From the human T2T-CHM13v2.0 reference genome, Homo sapiens: DNA of 64,000 nt. Position 1 is the first letter of the stretch, and every line of letters starts with the position of its first letter. The DNA lies in the NCBI RefSeq assembly GCF_009914755.1, contig NC_060928.1; one strand, 5' to 3'. The notes below the pieces were generated by a model. It did no database searches. It saw only the letters and a list, made by a program, of their open reading frames with translations, and was not told where the DNA came from. Below, in pieces: positions 1-16,613 of this stretch. The translations under genes were made by a program, and so were the position numbers.

Positions 1-612
1 GAGTCCATCTTTCTATAGTGTAACGTAAAAGTCCAGCTTTTTCTCCAGATGATGAGCCAGTTTTCCCAATACTATATTCTAAACAAGGCATTCTTTTCCA
101 TTTTTACCACATTTATTGTATATCAAATTCCCATATGCACACAGATCTATTTCTGAACTCTCCCTCTGTTCCGTTCATCTGTTCCTACACCAGAACCACA
201 CTGCTTTTGCTTTGTAATATTCCTCAATAACTAGTAGGTTGAATCACTCATTCGTATGCTGATATAAATATATCAGCCTAAAACATCCCAACAAAAGTTT
301 CTTTACTTTCCCTTTGCTTTATCTTATCGGCTATAGAGTTTGGCCTTTTAAGTAATATTAATAAATATTGCCATTAGAACTTTCTTTGACTGCCTTTTCT
401 TTAAGGATGTTTTTCTCAGTAGATCTTTTAGAGCTGTGATAGAGTTAAAAACTCATCTGCTCATATCTGATAAACCACATGGATGATGAGCAAACCTCTA
501 GTGAGCACCTGCTATTGCAACTGTCTCTTGCATCAGTTAGAGTTCTTTGGCTTCCACTGATAAAAATCAGTGGAGGAAAAGCTGAACAGCCAGGATTCAA
601 GAAGAACAAGAA

Positions 613-3295
<2,683 letters not shown>

Positions 3296-3337
3296 CAGTG
3301 TTTTAAAGAAAATGTGCCTGTCAGAGTTTTGTAGAAT

Positions 3338-3501
3338 CTTGCTGCTCAAAGAGTGGTCAAGGACCAGAAGCATGGGCTTTACCTGGGAGCCTACTAGCAA
3401 TGCAGAATCTCAGGTCCCCATCCCAGACCCACAGAATCTAAACCTGTACAGTAGCAAGAGCCCCAAGCAATTTGTTTGCACATTAAAATTTGAGAACCAC
3501 C
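3338..3501. mobile_element. MER5-like hAT MITE
   Basis: gcagaatctcagg...ccagacccacagaatc...tttgagaaccac motif. Confidence 0.7.
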
Positions 3502-6384
3502 GGTATAGAATATAATTGAAGAGGAAGACTTGACCTAAGAAAACCAGTTAGAGGACTAGGCCAAAGATAGCTGAACAAAGAGGGTGGCTAATGAGGGAGC
3601 CCGGAAAGGGAGAAGACAGAAATGACACAGGGCTTTTAGCCTGGATGGCGATGGCATATTTCTGCCTCACTCATTTTCCTAATAGGTTAATCCTCTTCCC
3701 TTATTCATTAAAGTCATTGTTTTCTGTTAATACATTTTTTCTACTTGGTTCTTCTATTCATTAGCAAGCACTGCTTCTTTCTGACTGTGCTCATAGGTCA
3801 TAAAGCAAATGAGAAATTTTCTTGAGCCTCGTTCTTAAGGGATGCAGATTGCAACTACTGCTGTGCTATACGCTGGAGGAAAGAAATCACATAAAGCGAT
3901 TAGAAAGGAGAAAAAAAATAAGTGAAACTACCTTCTCATGTACTTCAGGGTTTTCCTCCCTTCTGAGTTTAATATGAATCAAACAGGTGTGCATTCAAAG
4001 CATGCAAGTGTGTCTTCATTGGCTTTTAATCATCAGCTTGAAGAAAATTCAGATCTCTCAGAAAGAGAGAAAAGTAAACAGCTGAGCACTGTGACTCATT
4101 TACACTTCAAATATACTTTGAATTGGTTATTCCTCAATTAATCAAATAGCTGGTGTATCCCTAAAGTAGTATAAAGTGACGCACTGTGTGAAATCAATTT
4201 TTCTTTCCAAAATCATTAAATCCAGTAGCCTGTGACTACATCCCTGCTAATTCTGGTACCAGTCCTTTCCTCCTCCATTAACTTTGGCACGCCTAACAGC
4301 CTGTCAAGAATAATTTCCCAGGACGTAAATAATTCAGAAATTAAAAATTAATAAATAATAACAGAGAACTACTGGGAAATAGGCTGGGTCAATTAGTGCG
4401 CTCTGCATTCTGTTTCTTCACAGCAGGGGGAGGCAGCCACATTCGTTACTTGAATCTTCCTTTCGATTCTGCAGTCTGATTTACAGCTCTTCATTACTGG
4501 ATCCAGTCAGACGCAATTACCTCCATCACTATCTCAGTTCCTAACTTCAAAGAAACGAACGTTTTCTTGTCTGCTTTTTTTCTCCTTGAAGCAGGCTCAG
4601 CTTGACATCCCTGGAATTTCTACCACGCAGACTAATTAATAAGTCTTCGACTTATCATATTCACTTCTCTTCTTTGATGTGCTACCTTAGTCAATCATCC
4701 CATTTAATTAGAATTTCAATGATAACTTTACTTATCTTGTGGCTAGATGTAAATTAAAATAATGGGATTTTAATTCTCTTTCGTATGGGGTTATGACATT
4801 TTGGAAGAAAAAGTTTCAACACAAACATGATATTATGTACTTTTTACTTTTCATGTGGGGGTGGGGGAGCATTTTGCAAAATTATTTTCTTCTTGCTACA
4901 AAAGAGTATTGCTGTTGAGCAAGCAATAATGAAAATGCACTGGATTTTTCTATAGCATCTTTTCACCAAGCTTTCATAGGAAAACAATTGTCTTCATTTG
5001 CATAAATAATTGGAACAAGACACAGGACGTGGAACAAGACACAAAGGCAGTGGCTACGTTTTGGGAAAAAAAAAAAAAAAAAGGATCTCCAGAAAGTCAA
5101 GGAGTTGACACACTAACCCTTTTAACTCTTTTGCCCTTTTCTGTCAATCCATGCTATGTTTCCATTTTGATAAATTCTATAGTGGTTTTTCTAGAGTTCC
5201 CCAAAATAACACAAGGAAATAAAAATGTTCTCCTAAGAACACACCAAACATTAGTAAGGTATAAGGTGTAACAGTGATGTGCAAAACTGGTTATAAGGAA
5301 GAGCAGAAGGCAGCATTTCATTTCTAGAAAACAATACTAAGACCATTTATCTATTGAGCAGCCATGGTGTGCCAGCCTCAGCTACGTGCTTTATCTCCGT
5401 TAATTCCCGCAGCACACCCACAATATGGGATTCCCACTTCCATGTTACAGATAAAGAGACAGTCTCAGTGAGGTTAACTTGCTTTCTGAAGTTCACAAAG
5501 GTAGCACGTGAGGAGAAAGAAATCAAAAGACAAGGCACGAGAGAAACAATTTAAGCCTTTAAGCATAGCATTTAAAACTTTCCATCGTCTGGCTTCAAAC
5601 TGCTTGCTAAACTCACTCTCTTCCTACTTTACTACATTAACTCATCCAGAATAAAACTCCAGGCATGAGTTTAGTATCTACTGTATTATACCTTATTAAT
5701 AATATATGCCTTATTAATACATTTTTGATGGTTGCTTTAATGCTTATAGACATTGGCAGAAATTCAGTCATTGTGGATGTAAATAGGGGGCATGTTTGTA
5801 TATAAAACACCATGGTGACCTCAATCATTATAAATACATTGTTTTTAAATAGCAAGTACAAACAGAAAATCATATACTATATATACAAGCTTAAAAGAAG
5901 AAAATAAGCTTTGCTCAGATTTTCTTATTTTTTCCCAGGAATAAAATTATTAGCTGTTTCATTGGTTGCTTTTAAAAAAGTTACTAACAATAGGAACATC
6001 AATGGGAATTGCACATAATTATTCTGCCCTTAATCTCAATCATTCCCTTCCTCCACCCTCAGTAACAATGTCCAGTAAGACAAGAAGCAGAGGTTACAAT
6101 GACCAATAGAAATTTATTTCATTAGTAAGATGTGAAACCACTGTATTTATACCATTTTGAATCTAACCTTTCGGGGATTTAGTACAGTTGTTCTTTAACA
6201 ATAGAACTTCGCTCATTTGCTACTTAAGACATGATTATTTAAATTAAAGTTAATTGGTTTCCTTACTCCCCTTTAGGGCTTTAGGCTCAGAACATTTCTA
6301 TTAGAAAAATCTAATTTGTTTCAAACTCCTATTTCTAAAATTTACAGTGGTTATTTAGAGTGGCTCTGATATTTTAACTCTTTG

Positions 6385-7049
6385 TAGCAAAACTTGTACA
6401 ATGTGTTTGTGTTTTAAGCTAAGTGTTATTACCAAAAAGTCAAAAAGTTAAATTTTTTTTAAACTTTATAAAGTAAAAAAGTAACAGTAAGCTTATTAAG
6501 GTTAGTCTATTATTGAAGAAAAAACTTTTTATAAATTTAGTGTATATAAAACATATATATAGTGTGTATATAGAGTATATATATTTATCTTTTTATATAT
6601 AAATATATATATAGTGTATACAAAGTGTATAGTGTTTATAAAGTCTACCATAGTGTATAGTAATGTCCTAGGCCTTCCCATTCACTCACCACTCACTCAC
6701 TGACTCACCCAGAGCAACTTCCAGTCCTGCAAGCTCCCTTTATAGTCAGTGCCCTATACAGGTGTACCATTATCTTTTATATCATATTTTTCTTCTACCT
6801 TTTCTATGTTTAGATATGTTTAGATACACAAATACTTACCATTGTGTTACAATTGCCTACACTATTCACTGCAGTAACATACTGTACAGGTTTGTAGACT
6901 AGAAGCAGAAGGCTATACTATAAAGCCTAGGTGTGCAGTAGACTCTACCATCTAGGTTTGTGTAAGTACACTCTATGATGTTCACACAAAGACGAAATCA
7001 CCTAACATATTTCTCAGAATGTATCTGTCATTAAGCAACATATGACTAT
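6385..7049. mobile_element. Tigger3/Golem (MER7-like) DNA transposon with internal (TA)-rich tract
   Basis: cactcaccactcactcactgactcacccagagcaacttccagtcc core; TIR-like gtcattaagcaacatatgact at the right end. Confidence 0.75.
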
Positions 7050-7279
7050 AATTGGGCCATTCACAAATAATCACGAGATTAATAAAAGGCATTGATTCAT
7101 GGTGCAATATAGGCTATGAGGCCCAATAATGGAAAAACGTGTAAAAGTTCTACAATGAAAATGCTTTTAATCTCTTTACTTTATCTCCATAGCTGTTAAG
7201 TCTAACCTTCGCTAGAATACTAAATTTTATTATTTGATATTCTTCTTGAATAATTCCTTGGTAGGCGCTAATCTCTACT

Positions 7280-7700
7280 TATTCATTCATTTAAAAAATA
7301 TTTTTGAATGCTTACTGTTTGCCAAGCACTGCTCTAGGTATTGGAAACATGTAAGTCAAAAAAAGGAAAAAAGAAAAAAAGGACCAAACTTCCTAGCCTC
7401 ATGGAGTATACTTGTAGTGGAGACAGAGTACACTTGTAGTGGAGACAGACGACACACAATAAGCACAATAAATAAATATATAGTATGTTAGAAAGTGATA
7501 AGTGTGAGGAAAAAAAGAACCTGGTGGGAGGAACTAAAAATGCCAATGGAGGACAGCAAAAAGTGCAATTTAAATGAGATGATTAGGATGGGCCTCATTT
7601 CAAAAGTGACCTTGAGCAAAGGCATAAAGGAAATGGGAGCAAGCCATGCAGATACGTGGGGAACAGCATTCCAGGCAGAAGAACAGCCAGTGAGACATGA
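7280..7700 (-). mobile_element. L2 3' fragment
   Basis: ttcattcatt...gaatgcttact...ccaagcactg and attccaggcagaag signatures. Confidence 0.65.
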
Positions 7701-7759
7701 AAACCATGATGTCTTACGCAAATTAGAAAAGGCGCCCCATCACCCTCCTCCAATATGAT

Positions 7760-8890
7760 TCACTACATTAGTTGATCTAAAGAGAAAATTTAAACTCTCA
7801 TCTTAATAGATAGTAAGAAGGCAATTCATAAATTAATATCCCTTCCTGACATGGTAAAAAAAATAAATAAATAGTAATCAGTGGCTATTTTCTTAACATA
7901 TGACATAGTGGAGAAACATGGATGTTTTCCTGCATTCAGGAATTAGACAAAAATGCCATTAATCTATCTACTATTTATATTTAGTATTGCATTTGAGATA
8001 TAAGCCAATGGGATTGAATAATAGGCATAAGAATTAGAAAGGAGGAGGTAATATCTGAAAAAAATAAAATCAATAAAAAGTTAATACCAATCATAAGATA
8101 ATTCAGTAAGGTAGCAGGGCATACATGAATAAACAAAAATCCATAGCCTTCAATTTAAAAGAAAACAATTAAATGGAGTAGTGGGTAAGAGTATACCACT
8201 TATGTTAACAGCAAAACAGATAAAATACCTAGAGATAAACTTAATAAGAAATGTACAGAGCTTTTAGGGATAAAACTTTAAGGACACAGCAAACAGATAT
8301 TCCATGTTCTTAGATAAGATGACTCAGGATCATAAAGATGTCAAGTATCCCTAAGCTAATACACAAACTTGACACATAAAAATGTCAACTTTTGTTTGGA
8401 GTTAAACAAGTTGATGCTAAAAATTTGTATGTAATAATCAGTAAGAATTGTCAAGAAAACCCTGAAAAAGTAGAACAACATTGGGAGGGGTCAGTCTTAC
8501 TAGATATTATATCATTTATTATACAAAGCATCTTGAATTAAAACAAAGTGGTCTTAGAAAATGAGTAGATATCTAGGACCTAAAATCAATTTTTCATAAA
8601 ACCAAGAGAAACATCAGACCGTACAAACAGATCCTAAGAAAACCCAGATAATGAAACATTGAAATAATTATGCTAAGTGTGTTTAAGCATTCAAAGAAAA
8701 AAGTCAAGACTGAAAATTTCAGCCTAGAATGGGAAACATAAACAGAAAAACAAATTGAAAGTTTAGAATAGAAAAATGTAATAACTGAAATTACAAACTC
8801 GAGGGATGGGTTTAACAGCACATTAGACATTGCTGGACTGGGAGACAGGTCAGAAGCATGTTAAGAACAAAAAGGTTTAAATATTAAAGA
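7760..8890 (+). mobile_element. Old L1M fragments
   Basis: A-rich degenerate ORF2-like motifs (ttcagtaaggtagcagg, aaaatacctagagataaactta, tccatgttcttagata). Confidence 0.6.
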
Positions 8891-8969
8891 GCGGGAAAGA
8901 AACTATGGTGGTTTTAACATATAATCCTAAAATCACTGATAATCTTTCCATCAAGAATGAGGATATATA

Positions 8970-9086
8970 GGCTGGGCACAGTGGCTCACGCCTGTAATCC
9001 CAGCACTTTGGGAGGCCGAGGCAGGTGGATCACGAGATCAGGAGATCGAGACCATCCTGGCTAACATGGTGAAACCCCGTCTGTAC

Positions 9087-9117
<31 letters not shown>

Positions 9118-9288
9118 AAGCCAGGCATGGTGGTGTGCACCTGTAGTCCCAGCTACTCAGGAGGCTTAGTCAGGAGAATGGTATGAACCCAGGAGGCAGA
9201 GCTTGCAGTGAGCCGAGATTGCACCACTGCACACCAGCCTGGGCAACAGAGCAAGACTCTGTCTCAAAAAAAAAAAAAAAAAAAAAAA
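8970..9288 (+). mobile_element. Alu (Sc/Y-like) with expanded middle A tract
   Basis: Full dimer; TSD aagaatgaggatatat. Confidence 0.95.
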
Positions 9289-9574
9289 GAATGAGGATAT
9301 ATGTCTACTGCCTTTGAATCTTTTTAGGTTTGTGACACCCTTAACCAATAGAGTATGATTGAAGTGATGCTATGTGACTTCCAAGGCCATGCATCTTCTG
9401 TTGTTTCTCTTACAATGCTTTTTTCCTAGATGCTTTCTCTTGAGAACCTACCTCCCAGAACCAAATTGCCATTTGTGAGAATTCTAAGCCTTATAGAAAG
9501 GCTATATGTAGTTGCTCTGGTTGACAGTTCCATATGAGAGCCCAGCCTTTGAAGCAGCCCAGTCCAGGCATTAA

Positions 9575-9915
<341 letters not shown>

Positions 9916-10679
9916 TGATGATTAATTTCATGTGTCAACTTGACTGGGCTAAGAGATGCCCAGATAGCTGGTAACATTATTTCTGTGGGTCTGTGAAGGT
10001 GGCTTCAGAAAAGATTAGCATTGGAATCAGTACACTAAGTAACGAAGATTGCCTTCACAATGTAGGTGAGTATCATCCAATTTGTTGAGGGTCTGAATAG
10101 AAAAACATGCGGAGGAGAGTGAATTTTCTCTCTGCTTAAGCTGGGACATTCATGGTCTCTGTTCTTGAATATCAGCACTCCTGGTTCTTGGGACTCTGGA
10201 CTCAGACTAGGGCTTATACGACCAGCTGTCCTGGTTTTCCAGCTTGCAGATGGCAGATTGCAGGGCCTCTCTGCCTTAATCACATGAGCCAATTCCTATA
10301 ATAAATAAACAAATAAATGTATACCCTATCAGTTCTGTTTCTCTAGAGAACCCATGCACACCTTAGCTGTTCAAGTTACCCCCCAGTTGAGGCTCCAATC
10401 ATTACATAGTAAAGGCAAACTATTCTCATTATACCATGTAGAAATTCCTGATCCATAGAATCCATGAGCATACTAAAATGATTATTTTATGCTTAGTGGC
10501 ATAAAGTACTGAAAGCAAGAAAATCAAGAAAAAACAACTGCCAATAACGAGTTCTATTTTTAGCATAACAAAAGCTGTTGGTGTCTTGCAACACATTCCT
10601 TCATTCCACTTCTAATTTTGGCTTCCTTTGTAGTCTACTGATTAGTAATCATAATCACATGTACAAAACCCCTTAAAAT

Positions 10680-11006
<327 letters not shown>

Positions 11007-11470
11007 TAATCTGTCTTTGTTCTCTGTTCATTAATTTCTGTGTGCACTTAATAAATATTTTACAAATTTTTGTGAAATTAAAATAAGGTGAACCTATCAT
11101 ACTTTTTTTGGCTTGGACTGGGAAACTTTGAGGTTTAACATTTTTTTATTTAAGGGTTTTTTGATAAAAGCTATTAATTGTAATGTGGTCAGATTTATTG
11201 GTCTTTTCTGAGTTTGTGCTTTTTGTGCCTTGTTTAAAAAATCCTCTTCTACTCCAACATCTATAAGATAGTCACCTATATTTCCTAATAAATTAAAGCC
11301 TTATTATTGACTCATTTAAGGGTTTTTTTTTCAGTGTAGAGTGACTTAAGGATACAATTTTTTCTTTCCATATGTATAACCATTTTTCCCAACTTCATTT
11401 ACTGAATAGTCACCAATCTTTCCCCACCAATCTGATATATTACCTTTGTCATATACCAAAGTTTCATACA

Positions 11471-11780
11471 TTTATTATTATTATTATTATTATTGAGATA
11501 GGATCTCATTCTGTTGCCCAGGCTGGAGTATGGTGGCACAATCATGGTTCACTGCAGCCTCAAACTTCTAGGCTCAAGTGATCCTCCAGCCTCAGCCTCC
11601 TGAGTAGGTGGGACTAAAGGTGTGTGCTACAACACCTGGCTAATTAAAAAAAAAAAATTTGTAGAGATGGGCGTCTCGCTATGTTGCCCAGGCTGATCTT
11701 TAACTACAGGTCTCAGTGATCTTTCTGTATCAGCCTCCCGAAGTGCTAGGATTAACAGGCATGGGCCACTGTACCTGGCT
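11471..11780 (-). mobile_element. AluJ with (TTA)n tail
   Basis: Alu consensus match. Confidence 0.9.
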
Positions 11781-13139
11781 GTCTTTGAAGTTTTTAATAA
11801 GATTGCCATATCTCTCTCAAGACTGATCAAGAAAAAATGCAAATACAAATTTAAAGAGAGGGAAAAATAGTATTATGGAACTGGGTTAAGTACCTTAAGG
11901 GAAAACTACAACAATGAGACCACTATTCTTATCTACTTGGGTGGGGGAAGGCACGGACAGAGACGTAAACAACAGCATAGTGTGCCAAGGGCTCCCATCT
12001 CCTGTTCTCTTCTGCTCTGCAAAGTCTCTCTTAAAATATAGAGAACATATTGCAAGTAAATACATTCATTAGTGCATTTATTCAAAAACCACATTTGTCT
12101 CTCTATGCAAGCTTCCATCTCAATGCCTGGCACAGAGACGAAAAGGATTTCAGAGGACAAAAATCAAAGGACTGGAAAGGAGGGAAGTAGCTGATGACAA
12201 GGTCGGGGGAGAAGCAGCTATTTGAGAGTGAGCAGAGGGAAGGATATAACCAGAGCCTTCCATCTGGTGTTGTGACAAAGATGGCAGTGATGTGAGGCTT
12301 GATAGAATCAATAGGCCTCACAGTTCAAGACAGACTACATGCCCTCAGTCACTTGCCTGCTTTCTTGGTTTGCTAGATGGATTAGAAATACTAGAAGGAA
12401 AGTTGAGTGGGTACTGGGATATCCTATCCAAATCCTCTCTTCTGGGGCAATGCAGCTGCCTCACAGCAACCACGTTGTGGATCACCTGACCCCGCCTTTC
12501 TCAGCTTCCTGGAGGTGCATTCTAAGAGCGCTCCCCATAAGCCAACACTCAAGTCTCTTCGAGGTGTGTTTCCAGGGAGCCTGATCTAAGATTAAAAACT
12601 TAAAGGCCCCTTTTAGAATTGTCTTTTACAGCCCAGGCAAAGAGTTCTTTACTTTTTTAGAGGTCATGAATCCCTTTGACAAGGTGATGAAAGCCAGGGA
12701 CCCTCTTCTCAGAAAAATACACACGTGCGCTTAATGTAAAATTTTACATACTGTTTTAAAGGTTAAACTTTACCACCCATGAAAAGCCTCAAGTAGTTCT
12801 TTGTACATAATCATAAGATTAGCAACCATTTACTGAGCACTTCCTCTCTATAAGACCCTGTGCTAAGTGCTTTAACTTCATAATGCCTTTGATCATGACA
12901 TAACATGGCACGGTAGTTCCTAATATCTTCCTTTTAGAGATTTAAGGGCTTGCTCAAAGTAACATAGCTAATAATTAGCAGACACTGGATTAAAATCCCA
13001 ATTTGTTTGTAAAGCTTGTGCTCTGAATAAATGACAAGGAAAGAGAAGGGAAGGTTGAAGAAGGGAAGGTTCTTGAAGGTCCCTGGTCCTTGAAGGTCCC
13101 TTAACCATAAATGTCAAGAGTTGGGATTTAAACCCAGGT

Positions 13140-13930
13140 CTAACGCCAGAGCTGGCGCCCTTTAGATTAAAAGTGCAGTGTCCATGACAACGAAAGAAGT
13201 TGATTTTGTCCCACCTTTGCTCTTTGCGGCTTTTCATTTGCGTTTGTTTCCACAGCGATTTCCAATAGATTTCTGCGTGGCCTTGACACAGACAGCTAGT
13301 GTGAATCCCCGCCCACAGAGGGGCGGCACGTTGGTTGCCGTACAACGTGGTGGTTCCCTGCATCTCCGCCCACGTCGGAGAGGTGCGTCGGCTTCCGTAC
13401 AACACGGATACTCTCTCTCTGACGCAACTTCCTGTCCTGCGCAATTCTATTTGACCTTTGAACTGGCAAAGGCTTTTTTCTTCCTCTTCCGGGGACGTTG
13501 TCTGCAGGTATGGATGTTGTTCTCTTTTCCCTGTCTTTATTTCCTTACCAATCGGCTGCCATCCGAGGAGCTGAGGAAGCCTAGAGCTCTCAGAAGCAGT
13601 CCTTTGAGCTGGTGTAGGGGTAAGGGGCACAACAGGGAGGTTGGTGGTGAGGAAGTTCCTTACTTTGATCTTTGGAAATCCCTTGTTCCTGGTGGCACCT
13701 CCAAAGCCGTGAGTAGCCACAGCTCACCACCCGGGACTTTGCTGCATTCCAAGTGTAGCGTTTGGAGACTAACGAGTTGTGGTTTGGCGGTTTGAGTCTG
13801 GAAAATCGCCAAACGTTTTCATATTTTACACCCACGTTTTCACAGCACGCCTGTACGTGTCCTTAGTCTTTGGGAGGGCAGGGTCCGGCGAGTTCGGGTG
13901 GTTTCGCTATTTGGCTTCTGCGTCCAAGGC
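13140..13930. promoter_or_regulatory. CpG-enriched bidirectional promoter of RPL34
   Basis: Local CpG enrichment; GC boxes CCGCCC at 13309 and 13366; ETS/GABP ACTTCCTG at 13427; YY1-like GCCAT near 13558; X-box-like GTGTCCATGACAAC 13178-13191. Confidence 0.85.
13473..13507 (+). other. RPL34: RPL34 non-coding exon 1 with 5'TOP/TCT start; alternative extended donor at 13620
   Basis: CTTTTTTCTTCCTCTTCC pyrimidine tract 13473-13490, typical of ribosomal protein gene TSSs; donor CAG/gtatgg at 13508; second donor GGG/gtaagg at 13620. Confidence 0.85.
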
Positions 13931-14867
13931 CCATGTCAAGGAAGAGAAAAATGTGTTAGAAGTTTCTGTCTTGCTTTTGGAGATGCAAACAGAATAATGG
14001 CTTCATAAATCACTCGCACTGGTTTTTACGTGTCAAGTTTTGGTGTCTGGTAATTCTGTTTTAGTTTAATTTTAGTGAGAGGCTTGTGACAACAAATGAG
14101 GTGGTTACAAGGGGTGGAATGGGAAGATTAAATTAGTTCAAGTATTGATTATGTTTTACGTTGGGTAGTTCCCTTAACGAAGTTGCTCGTATGCATATCT
14201 GTATAACCGATTTGCTAAATAACATCACGATGTTTCCAGAAGTGGGAAGAAAGCAGGTGCCATAACCCAAAGAAACTTGTGTAATATCAAAATTAGTATT
14301 AAAGGGTATGCCTTTACGCAGGTGGTGCTTTAGGGCAAGACATTGAACCCTGATATGTGCCAGGCATTGTGTTGGGACGGATAGCCCACGTCGTTTAATC
14401 CTAATGACAGCTGTATAAAGTAGACAGAATTCCCATGTTAGAGATAAGGAGGCTAGCTCCTTGCCCTTTATATTCCCAGTAAATGGCATAGCTAAGGATT
14501 CGACTTCAGAGCTCACTTTTTGTGCTCTTTGTTTAAAGCGGTGTTTCTCCAACTGGGCTCGTGGCACTTTTCTGGACACCACTCCAAACAAAATTAGACT
14601 CTGAGTAAGGAGCCTGGTCATCAGAACGTTAAGGAAGTGCCACGTTTGATTACCATCAGGAAAGCTAACATTCTTGGCCTCTTGTTTATCAGTCACCTTT
14701 AAATACAAGTAGTTTTAAAATGTGGAATAATACATCTTAATTTAAGGGTGTTACATACAAGGATATGTATGTGAATGAAATAGACCACATGATACTGTTT
14801 TGAGATTTTATTTACTTTTACAATGGAAAGATTTGATGTTACTCTATTCTTAATTTAGGCACTCAGA

Positions 14868-15226
<359 letters not shown>

Positions 15227-15362
15227 TAAACATTCATGAGCCAAATCTGCCACGAACATAGACTTTTTAAACCAATCTGAGAAATGCAGTGAAATGCCTT
15301 TCAGATAAATGAGTACACCATTTCCCTTTGTAACCTACTTTAAACTTGCCCTTAACACTTAA

Positions 15363-15527
<165 letters not shown>

Positions 15528-15807
15528 TAAGTTAAATGCTTAAATGGGCTTTCCTTAGCAAATTATTGTGTGTGTTATACTGTCTGCTGATCAGTACAAT
15601 GGTGAAGCAACTCATTTTAAACCAGTTGCATGCTTTAGAACCCTTTCTTTGCTATGGATAATTGATGCTGCACAAAGCAGGAAATGATATTCAAAGTAAT
15701 AATTTGGGGGCATATTTATGCTAGATGTGGAGATTAAAAGGAACTTGGTTTTGTTCAGGAGGTGGGTAAGAAAGTCTCTGTTAGTGGTTTGGACAAAGAT
15801 AGATGGA

Positions 15808-15906
15808 GTGTGGAAGGTGTTAAAAGTGTAGGAACAGAAGAGTTGTGTATTCTCATGTGCGGAAGGTGTTAAAAGTGTAGGAACAGAAGAGTTGTGTATT
15901 CTCATG
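15808..15906. repeat. 49-bp tandem duplication
   Basis: GGAAGGTGTTAAAAGTGTAGGAACAGAAGAGTTGTGTATTCTCATG at 15812 and 15861. Confidence 0.95.
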
Positions 15907-15958
15907 AGCATAGGGTTGCAGGAGATGATGGACAACAAAGGTAGAAAAGCCAGATTAT

Positions 15959-16260
<302 letters not shown>

Positions 16261-16314
16261 GAAAAGCCAGATTATGAGGGGCTTTACAGAATAAAAGGTA
16301 GATTAGCTTAATTC

Positions 16315-16613
16315 TTTTATTGATTGATTGATTTTGAGATGGAGTCTCGCTCTGTAGCCCAGGCTGGAGTCCAGTGGTGTGATCTTGGCTCACTGTAACC
16401 TCCGCCTCCCGGGTTCAAGCAATTCTTCTGCCTCAGCCTCCTGAATAGCTGGGACTGCAGGCACATGCCACCACACTTGACTGATTTTTTGTATTTTTAG
16501 TAGAGACAAGGTTTCACTGTGTTAGCCAGGATGGTCTCTATCTGACCTCGTGATCTGTCAGCCTCGACCTCCCAAAGTGCTGGGAATACAGGTATAAGCC
16601 ACCGCACCCAGTC
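16315..16613 (-). mobile_element. AluSc-like
   Basis: Alu consensus match. Confidence 0.93.

Noticed and set aside
12968-13795. Overlapping 250-aa (-) and 205-aa (+) ORFs
   Set aside because: They span the GC-rich RPL34 promoter and TSS, have no recognisable domain, and the + ORF begins at a non-ATG codon; likely chance ORFs
14133-14708. 191-aa minus-strand ORF in RPL34 intron 1
   Set aside because: No homology recognised, and it overlaps MIR-like sequence
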